Shown: positions 57,301 through 64,000 of the stretch, one piece after another
How positions within the stretch are numbered: the stretch's first letter is position 1
Layout: each line of letters starts with the position of its first letter
IMG/VR virus record: IMGVR_UViG_3300023174_000002
Span: 1-64,000 of that record
Strand: one strand, 5' to 3'
DNA: 64,000 bases
Source of the DNA: a virus
Position numbers and translations under genes: made by a program
The notes under the pieces: generated by a model
Told to the model about the DNA's origin: nothing
Seen by the model: only the letters and a program-made list of their open reading frames with translations
Database searches by the model: none

Positions 57301-59977
57301 CAATACTTTGTTCTTTGATATTAATACTAAAATCTATTGCTCCAAGAGTTTTTTCTAGTTTATTTTTGTTATCTTGTAACTCTTTCTTATCAGTACCAGT
57401 TGCAGTTTTTAATTTTTCGGCATTATCAATAAGATCTTGTTGTATTCTTACCCTATCTTGTTGCAATACATTTAATGTTTTTGAATTATCAATTGTGTCC
57501 TTAGTTTGTTTTGCTAACTCTTGAAATTCTACACCTAATAACTGTAGTGCTACTGGATCTTTAAATACGTCTTGTAAAGCCATAGCAGCTGTTTGCGCAT
57601 CTTCGAAAGTTTTACTTAACTTTAGCCCCAAATCAATAGCATCAAAAGCAAATTTACTAATAGGATCACTTTGTAATAAACTATTTTGTAAATTTTTTGA
57701 ACTAGTACCTACTGCTGTAAGGCTTTCTTTTACTGCTTTAAGTGCTGAATTATATTCTTGCAACTTACCTACTGCGGGGCCTAATGCTTCATTAGCATCT
57801 TTTACAGTTCTGGCTAATTTATTTTCATCATATATATTATCTAAACTATTTTTAATAGCGTCAGAATCAAGAGCCGTAGTACCTAAAATATTTTGTAGTT
57901 TTACTTTAAGTGCTTCTTTTCCTGGGCCTTCAGGAATTGTTTTTAGTGTATTAACAATTGATTCTGCTGCAGTTTTTTGAAACTGAGGAATTTTTCCAAG
58001 ACCAAAAAAATCACCAACACTATCAAGAATAGTTTCTACTGGGCCGCGTTTCTTTAAATATGCTTGAAAATCATCAACTGAACTTTTTAAGCCTTCAAAT
58101 AATTCATTAGCATTTGTTGCTACTGCATTAAAATTTGTAGAATTAACGTTTTCAGCAAAACGCTTCATTATCTTATCAGTTAAGCTTGAGGTTTCACCTA
58201 GAGCGTCAAGACTACTACTTAACTTACTTGCTTCTGTTTCTGCACGACTAAAATAACTAGTAATAATAGCTATTGTAGTTATTACTACTTGAATAACAAA
58301 AAATATTCTATTTAAAGCTGCGGCTAAAAGTTCAGCAGTAGTGGCAGCAATAACCATAACACCACGAACTCTTGTCAAACCTTTTTCAAAAAAATTTAAA
58401 CCAACAGTATTTGTATCAATAGTTTGCTTTAAATTTCTGTAAGCATCCCTAACGCCTAAAACTTGAGTGTCATCTCCCGCTGCGGCAACAGTTTGTGCCA
58501 TAAATGCTTTTTGTCTAGCTTGTAAACTGACTCGTTCACGTAAGCTAGCTTCAATATTTGGGGCTTCTGCTGCTGCATCATATTTACTGTTTGCGTCGGC
58601 AAGGGCTTTACGAGCTGCTATTAATCTTTCGTAAATTAACAGTTGTTTTTCTAACCTATCTGCAGTATCTTGCAAAACTTTTCTGTCTGCTTCGCTAACA
58701 TTTAAGCCTTGTTTTCTAAGATCAACAATTTTTTGTTGTATTGCAGTAGTAGTGTCTTTGCCAAGTTCTTCCGAACCTTTTAACCCTTTACTAAGTGCAC
58801 CATAAATTCTTTGATCTTGCGCGTCTTTAGCACTAGCATAGGCTTTATCTTTGGCTAAAAAATCTTGTCTGGATTTTTCATAAGCTTTTAAAGCCTCGTC
58901 AAGATTTTCTTTTAGCTTTGGTATATTATATTTTGCCTCAATTTTTTGTGCAAAAGCATCACCAAAACTTACGTTAATTTCTGTAGCACGACGTTTTGCT
59001 ACTTCTGCTGCATCGTTTACAGCCTGTCGCCATTGACCTAATGCAGGCAAAGCCATGCCTATAATTTTTGTGCCAATTAAAGCAAGCGCTGCTACTAATG
59101 CGGTTGTATTATTTGTAAAAAATTCTACTACTGGTACTAAAAATGTATTGAGTAGTTTAGTGCCTTGCAAAGCAATATTACTTAATGCTGCTGCTAGTTT
59201 TTCATAAGGATTAGCAGGAATGTTAACATCATTAAATTTGTCTTTTGCTTCCTTTAACACAGCGTTAGCAAAAGCTTGACGACGTTCAAAATCTGTTAAA
59301 CTACCAACGCTTTTGCCAACACTACGAGCATAGTCTGTAACTGCTTTGTCTAGTTTAGTAAATAAACCTAGTTCGTCCAGCAATTCAGGTTCTATTTTTG
59401 TAATACCACGAGTTAAACGGCTAATAGCTTCAGCCGTATCAATACCAATAGTTTGGCCAGCCTTTTTAGCTGCATCAGCTAATTGTAGCATTTGTTTACT
59501 ACTTAGACCACTAGTAACACCTTTAGCAGCGGCACCCATTGCTTCTTTAAAATTAAGCGCACCATCTGTAGCAGCAACTAAGTTTTTAGCCAATGCATTA
59601 ATAGCAACACCACTAGTAATACTTAGTTGTGTTAGTGCATTTTCTTGTATAGCTGCATTATATCCATCGCGTAAAAAATTAAAAGCAGTGGCAGCAGCAT
59701 AAGTATTAGCAGCAAGTGTTGCGTATAGGCGAACTAATCCACCAAGACCTTGCTGTTCATTAGCAAAGTCTCTGGCACTAGCACCAGTTAAGCCGCTGGC
59801 GCCACGAGCACGACCATACTGCATACTGTCAGCACTAGCACCTACTTTACTGTATTCTTGTGCTTGCCTTACAGCTTTGCCTAACTCTTTGTTAAGTTCT
59901 TTGGTATCATTAATACTTGCTTCTAAACTACCGTCAGACTTGACTTGTAGTTTAATATTTACGGTATTACCTGCCAT
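54395..59977 (-). CDS. Tape measure protein
   Basis: 1860 aa helical A/Q/K-rich; T5-like RLTRGxxKxEPELLDELG N-terminus; FAKGG and GEAGPEAIMPL C-terminus. Confidence 0.93.
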   Translation of the reverse strand: MAGNTVNIKLQVKSDGSLEASINDTKELNKELGKAVRQAQEYSKVGASADSMQYGRARGASGLTGASARDFANEQQGLGGLVRLYATLAANTYAAATAFNFLRDGYNAAIQENALTQLSITSGVAINALAKNLVAATDGALNFKEAMGAAAKGVTSGLSSKQMLQLADAAKKAGQTIGIDTAEAISRLTRGITKIEPELLDELGLFTKLDKAVTDYARSVGKSVGSLTDFERRQAFANAVLKEAKDKFNDVNIPANPYEKLAAALSNIALQGTKLLNTFLVPVVEFFTNNTTALVAALALIGTKIIGMALPALGQWRQAVNDAAEVAKRRATEINVSFGDAFAQKIEAKYNIPKLKENLDEALKAYEKSRQDFLAKDKAYASAKDAQDQRIYGALSKGLKGSEELGKDTTTAIQQKIVDLRKQGLNVSEADRKVLQDTADRLEKQLLIYERLIAARKALADANSKYDAAAEAPNIEASLRERVSLQARQKAFMAQTVAAAGDDTQVLGVRDAYRNLKQTIDTNTVGLNFFEKGLTRVRGVMVIAATTAELLAAALNRIFFVIQVVITTIAIITSYFSRAETEASKLSSSLDALGETSSLTDKIMKRFAENVNSTNFNAVATNANELFEGLKSSVDDFQAYLKKRGPVETILDSVGDFFGLGKIPQFQKTAAESIVNTLKTIPEGPGKEALKVKLQNILGTTALDSDAIKNSLDNIYDENKLARTVKDANEALGPAVGKLQEYNSALKAVKESLTAVGTSSKNLQNSLLQSDPISKFAFDAIDLGLKLSKTFEDAQTAAMALQDVFKDPVALQLLGVEFQELAKQTKDTIDNSKTLNVLQQDRVRIQQDLIDNAEKLKTATGTDKKELQDNKNKLEKTLGAIDFSINIKEQSIGKIQGQLNNIVDVILTRAFDILDKKTELARRQAQVGIERAIISGMSGPGTAEAQARLDSKDLAIQKEQLNLTANIVRQGLEAKIIQEQQLLQLEAIKQELAGGATTESRGANKKAQEDLSKVLESVQKGKDVGPEDKNLSPAALRYAMESRQINQGINAQNAALNGKASEISLKKQLGVLQEQQAVRGRILAAERTQAQFELESFNREGISLDFLSEGGKLRRDQLEDAVRLKDNEIAMKAITDKIAQDDLRIQQLKKNGADKELLAAVQKSRTDLVSQKNTLENQQKQQDQLAQIKKAQEEISRAYAAITREIEHQNKMRDIAIQQQRQDLAYLTSVTELYNNAGLLTGTELAAAQKLTQERRTELDYQQQQNSLQDNYVKQYLDFQTKIAQAKAANKTSEVTEYERAQGRLKLEFESASAANAKNNIQQKFLDARNAEINLLKQVREYENKLADAAMARLKSQQELNSLSDSNMPYLTDKVLENRLALEKEIADEGFRRRQQELDDIDLINQRLMVELKIKSAIAGIDFDPTAYNNEQVRIDNLRKSLGLDQKSFEVKQAQAVINNKLAGDLQRLQMENTLAEQGNKATQIALDNKSQMLSAQQSLNMLTPQQIQDQQKIIDYGKLEADTTAAKRAEDDRYTQAKLENAAAIKRTLAADANADLTLLNDKAKFIEQSHQNEMKNIAQTMAGRKAAMDLQYSMNERQKAYNDAFIKMFDGMADSIIDFVNTGKGNFSDLIDSFIKDLARYELRLFLFQQYQQHIRPGLGLGGPAIPGQGAASGGGGFSLSNIFGSFFGGNAGSVTGSSGTYAMDAFSFAAKGAAFDERSNKFAKGGAFEEGYTVHPFARGGSFTNSVVNEPTMFKFAQGTGLMGEAGPEAIMPLMRDSSGNLGVRTDGGNAGSHVNIVINNNTSAEVQTNEATDGRGNRSIEITIGDIVARQVASKNSTLQQTMGAVYGNRPALARR

Positions 59978-60037
59978 AGCATCTCCAGGTTATCTTATGT
60001 AGAATTTTAAATATTCCACACATTTTTATGTAGCTTC

Positions 60038-60066
60038 ATTATAACATATGGGCTACTTTATGTCAA
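60038..60066 (-). promoter_or_regulatory. Consensus sigma70 late promoter for the tape measure operon
   Basis: TTGACA-17nt-TATAAT with extended -10 TG. Confidence 0.88.
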
Positions 60067-60086
60067 TACCGAAATTTTTAAACAAT

Positions 60087-60124
60087 AAAAAAGCTCGTCC
60101 AGTTTGTTAACTGGACGAGCTTTT
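60087..60124 (-). terminator. Rho-independent terminator
   Basis: AAAAGCTCGTCCAGTT/AACTGGACGAGCTTTT; spans the chaperone stop codon. Confidence 0.85.
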
Positions 60125-60879
60125 CTTTTTGCTGTTTATATCTTCTTGACGTATATTATCAATTATCTTAATTAGTTGAAATACAATATTTCTATCGCTA
60201 GGATCAATGTCGCAGAAATTAAAAATTTCAGTAATGCCTGTTAGGGATTTTCCTAAATATACGCCATTCATGCCGTCCCAATCGTCTCGCATAAATTTGT
60301 AGACGTTAAGTGCTTGTTGTACATCTAGTGGAAAGTCATCAAATTCTACAGGTATTTCAGATTCTACAGGTTCGCTACCTAGCTGTTCACACATTTCAAA
60401 ATATGCTTCCTTAGTCATAGCCAAAGAACTATTTTGTATGTAGTTTTTTAGCAACTCAGTTACTTCGTAGAGCTGCCTGTAGAAAAGTTTCCCAGATCGC
60501 TTACCTGTTCGCTAATAAATGCGTCAAAGTTACTGGAATTTTTCATTAAGTACAATGCATTTTCTGCAGTGAACTCTAGGAAATCGTCTGGATCTTGACC
60601 GGTTAAATCAACTGGAGCCAACTGCTCCAAATAACTTAGTTTAAGGCCTTTCCAACCTTTAATTGCTTGTTCGCAGTATAACTGCAAAAATACATCTTCG
60701 TTAAAATCTTCTTGTGGTTGACGATTTTTAAATGAAGTTTTAGTAGACTTCTTACGAATGTTTAGCAACAGTTCACGAGATAAGAAACTCAACTGCAGCA
60801 CAAACCCAGGCATGCCTGGATATTCGGTCTCTACTGATTTTGATGGTACTAGTAGATTTTTAAGAGAAAGTGTAGACAT
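60107..60879 (-). CDS. Tail assembly chaperones G (60460-60879) and G-T (-1 frameshift product)
   Basis: Between tail tube and tape measure genes; slippery G-GGA-AAC at 60493-60487; -1 frame continues into ORF 60107..60454. Confidence 0.9.
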
Positions 60880-60939
60880 GTTTACCTTTTGTTATTGGGA
60901 GTGGGGCTAGCCTAAGCTAGCCCTACGTATTTTAAGCTA

Positions 60940-62871
60940 TTAAAGTACTGTGTAATAACGAATTTCAACTTCGTTAGACTGAGAAATATCAAATGCGTTA
61001 GCATTTGTATAACCTTGACCAGTAAAGTTAATGGCTGTACTAATAACCTGTTCCGTAGCAATACTAGGAATAGTTAGCACAGCAGCGCTAACATCTAGTT
61101 CAACACGAATTGGGTTTGAAGAACCGCCGATTGCAACAATCATTTCATAAGCAGGGTTAACATCCGTTAAACTTTGTGTTAACATATCGCTTAGCAATGT
61201 TGCTGTGCTATTGGGTACTGCAACTGTGCCGGTACGTAGATATGCATTTAGAGTACCTGTAATACTACGCGTACCTGTAAAGTAGGTAATAGGCTGGTTA
61301 ACAATACCTAAGTTAGCTGGTGTCAAGTATGTGATATTATTACTAATAACCATTTGGCCGCCGGTTAAGGCTACGGTATAAACTGTACCAGTACCATTAA
61401 TGCCACCCTTAACACTCATTGTACTCAACTTATTAGCAATGTAAGGTGCTAGATAGTTTTTACCTTTAGCTGTACCACTTAATCCACTACCAAAAGTAAC
61501 CGATGTACCAGCAGTAGCTGTTAAACCAGGCAATTGACGTAGTTTTGTACCTTTTCCAGCCCAAGCAATTGTTGCAATTGCATCTAAACCGAAGTCAATT
61601 GTAGCACTGTCCAACGCACAATTGTCGATAATAAAGCTGCTAGAGTCTAGTACGATAATTACGCCAAACTTTTGTAGTTGGTGAGCCTGCGAATAATCAG
61701 CAACTAGCTTAGAGTACTGATAGCCATCTGTCCAACCTGCTGTTGGGTTACCAATACTATCTGTGCTCATTAGTGCATTCCACAGTACGGCTTCTTCAGC
61801 AGTAACAAGGTTAACACCAGTATTAAGTACAACACCAGCACTAGGTGTATAAGTTACTTTAAATGTACTAGCAGTTTGAGCAAGAGTACCAACACCGTCA
61901 AAAGTTAGTTTAACAGCACCTTCATAAATACTAATACCAGCACTACCAGTAGTAAGATCAACGTCTGTAAATAGCGCACCACCTGCAGATTTTAAAATTT
62001 TATTTAAACTACTTGTAGCAACAACAATTGCACCAGCACCACTAGCAACAGTTTGTACAACTGGAACTGTAATTTCATCAACAAGTGTACTTGCTGCTAC
62101 ACCATTGACTACACCAGTTACAGTACAGCGATAAGTATTTGTTGCAGCACCAGTAGCAACACCAGCCGTATATTCTGTAGCAGCACTATTAATTACGTAA
62201 CTACTACTTGTAGCACCAGTAATATTTGTAAAGCTACCTGTACTGCCGGCTTGAATAGCCCACTGATACGTAGGAGTAGTAATATTTTGTACACCAATAG
62301 CAAGTGTTGGAAATGTTCCTGGAAGTGTACCAGTTGTAGCTGCTTTTACAATTACTGTAGGACCATTTGTAATTGCTACATAGCTAGCAACATTTGACGA
62401 TCCACTTGTAATAACATTAGCATTTGCAGTAGCACCACGACTTAGTGTATAGTTAAGTACTTTTGTTGCAGGTGTACTAACATTAGCTGCGCTATCTTTT
62501 ACACTAAAGGCTACTGTAAGGTTTGCAACGTTTGCTGAAATAGAGCTAGGTGCTGGAACTGTAAGAATTCCACTATTAAAGCCGCCGGCAGTAGTAGTGC
62601 TAGAATCAGCAGGGCGAATATAAGTACTAAATGTAAAATCTACTGGATCAAGTGCCGTGTTAAAACTACGTTGACCACGAACAGGTGTTGCACCAGCTTC
62701 ATTTAGAGTAACCACATCAGCCGTCGTATTTTGACTAAAGCTGAAGCCATCTAGAACTTGGATTTCATATGTATTGTTTGCTGTGAAACCACTGGTGGCT
62801 ACTACACCACTCGATGCATCCACATTAGTCGTGAAGAACATCCGACTATTACGAATTAAATTAAATGACAT
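60940..62871 (-). CDS. Major tail tube protein (T5 pb6-like) with large internal insertion
   Basis: NEAGATPVRG..FN..L....FSTYIRP, LWNAL, YIANKL, NNITYLTP motifs match recalled pb6. Confidence 0.9.
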   Translation of the reverse strand: MSFNLIRNSRMFFTTNVDASSGVVATSGFTANNTYEIQVLDGFSFSQNTTADVVTLNEAGATPVRGQRSFNTALDPVDFTFSTYIRPADSSTTTAGGFNSGILTVPAPSSISANVANLTVAFSVKDSAANVSTPATKVLNYTLSRGATANANVITSGSSNVASYVAITNGPTVIVKAATTGTLPGTFPTLAIGVQNITTPTYQWAIQAGSTGSFTNITGATSSSYVINSAATEYTAGVATGAATNTYRCTVTGVVNGVAASTLVDEITVPVVQTVASGAGAIVVATSSLNKILKSAGGALFTDVDLTTGSAGISIYEGAVKLTFDGVGTLAQTASTFKVTYTPSAGVVLNTGVNLVTAEEAVLWNALMSTDSIGNPTAGWTDGYQYSKLVADYSQAHQLQKFGVIIVLDSSSFIIDNCALDSATIDFGLDAIATIAWAGKGTKLRQLPGLTATAGTSVTFGSGLSGTAKGKNYLAPYIANKLSTMSVKGGINGTGTVYTVALTGGQMVISNNITYLTPANLGIVNQPITYFTGTRSITGTLNAYLRTGTVAVPNSTATLLSDMLTQSLTDVNPAYEMIVAIGGSSNPIRVELDVSAAVLTIPSIATEQVISTAINFTGQGYTNANAFDISQSNEVEIRYYTVL

Positions 62872-62947
62872 CTTTCATTCCTTTTTATTTAATGCCTTGT
62901 TGCATTAACTAGACTTTTATCTGTTGCTAGCATTAGGGCATGGTTGC

Positions 62948-63385
62948 TTACATAATCTCGTAACGGACTTGTAAGATAATTTCTCCAACTGCATAAGGAG
63001 CTAAGAGCCCCTCATCCGTTGTAATTGACTGTATCAAGATATCAGTCGTGTAATGTCCGGTTGCAGTATTGTATACTAATCTGTTATTAGCGTCAATACA
63101 GGTTTCAACATCTTCCAACAATTTTTCTAGTTGCTCACTGCTGTTTTCACCATGACAGTAAACTCGGATACATAATGTTAAAAATCCCCACTTAAAATCC
63201 CCTGGAAGATACTCACGAATTTCATTGGTGGGTGTAACAAACATACTTGGAAAGTCTTTTACCTCATCCCAAAACTTTAGTTTAGCATAACAATTTTTAA
63301 ATAAATTAACGCGATAAGGTTGTTGACCATTAATCAAGTTAAGTTTTTGAACAAGGGCTTTTACAATACTAGTTCGTTTACTCAT
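62948..63385 (-). CDS. Tail terminator protein
   Basis: T5-like KFxDEVxDFP...ITTDEGLLAPY; directly upstream of the tube gene. Confidence 0.82.
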   Translation of the reverse strand: MSKRTSIVKALVQKLNLINGQQPYRVNLFKNCYAKLKFWDEVKDFPSMFVTPTNEIREYLPGDFKWGFLTLCIRVYCHGENSSEQLEKLLEDVETCIDANNRLVYNTATGHYTTDILIQSITTDEGLLAPYAVGEIILQVRYEIM

Positions 63386-64000
63386 ACATTCACCGATCTC
63401 AACCTATTCTTTATATTTTCTGCTGCAATATCCCTGATTGACTTAGCTATCAACAATTTAGGGTCTCTGCTCTTAGGATTTTCCTGAGCACCACCTGCAC
63501 TAAAAGTTCCGTATGGATTACGCATATAACTATAAAAAGCGGTAATCATACCTTGTCTGCTCTCAGTTAGTCGTTCAATTTTTGCACTATTTGCAAATCT
63601 ACCTGTTCTGTAATTTAATACTGTAGTACTTGTACCAGTACCCATATTTTTAACAATAGCTTCACGTAGCTTACCGTTAAACAGTGCCAATAACGAAGTT
63701 AAATCCGTAGCTGCTTGCATTGGTGCAGCTTGAATAACTGTAGGTTTATTAGGTGCCTGCTTTAATTCTTGAACAACTTTTTTAAGTTTTGAAATTGTAT
63801 CTTTATTATTACTTTTAACCACCTTAGTAGATTTTCTAGCTACTTCTGATTTTTGGCCTACATAAGTTTTTTTCTTGCTTTTACCAGTTTGAATAACTTC
63901 AGTTAAATTATCTGCAAGCATCTGAATAAAACTAGGAGAGCCTTGTGAAGTTAATAGGGCTTGACCAAGAGTGGGGGAATTCTTTAATAATGCCTCAGCG
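63382..64000 (-). CDS. Tail completion protein, 5'-truncated by the window edge
   Basis: LNYRTGRFANS...YSYMRNPY...RDPKLLI; frame remains open upstream of ATG 63921 to position 64000. Confidence 0.8.
   Translation of the reverse strand, partial: AEALLKNSPTLGQALLTSQGSPSFIQMLADNLTEVIQTGKSKKKTYVGQKSEVARKSTKVVKSNNKDTISKLKKVVQELKQAPNKPTVIQAAPMQAATDLTSLLALFNGKLREAIVKNMGTGTSTTVLNYRTGRFANSAKIERLTESRQGMITAFYSYMRNPYGTFSAGGAQENPKSRDPKLLIAKSIRDIAAENIKNRLRSVNV

Noticed and set aside
2981-62397. Many short antisense or alternate-frame ORFs (e.g. 5904..6275, 9262..9855, 11588..11953, 43233..43562, 59346..59702)
   Set aside because: They are nested in well-supported genes and have no SD or recognisable motif
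1-64000. Stop-codon reassignment
   Set aside because: Core genes are full length under the standard code, and TAA, TAG and TGA all end genes; no suppressor tRNA is present
1-64000. Prophage or integration features
   Set aside because: No integrase, repressor, att-like duplication or host genes; the content fits a lytic phage

Overview
This window is an AT-rich segment of a lytic T5-like siphophage genome (Demerecviridae-like gene order); spanins and the tmRNA tag point to a Gram-negative, probably proteobacterial host. The + strand (1-26.4 kb) carries an RNA gene region with six tRNAs, a circularly permuted two-piece tmRNA and two unexplained long-stem RNA elements, followed by a ClpP-like protease and a glycosyltransferase. 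It continues with the T5-type replication block: D3, PC4, split NAD ligase, D5, D6 helicase, primase, PolA, D10-D15, dUTPase, class II RNR and a C5 methyltransferase. The - strand (26.4-64 kb) is the late region: tail completion/terminator, tail tube, frameshifted tail assembly chaperones, tape measure, a lambda-like tail tip, several very large fibre/adhesin genes, spanins, a membrane protein/lytic transglycosylase gene and phoH. Best leads: (1) the lysis gene is split at a canonical C-CCA-AAG slippery heptamer, so one locus could give a holin-like protein and a membrane-anchored endolysin by -1 frameshifting (a 1-nt sequencing error is the alternative); (2) the permuted tmRNA sits directly upstream of clpP, and the same gene run ends in a CDS whose stop codon lies inside tRNA-Val, so tRNA processing would create a non-stop mRNA. 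All protein assignments come from motif and family recognition and synteny by eye; no searches were run.
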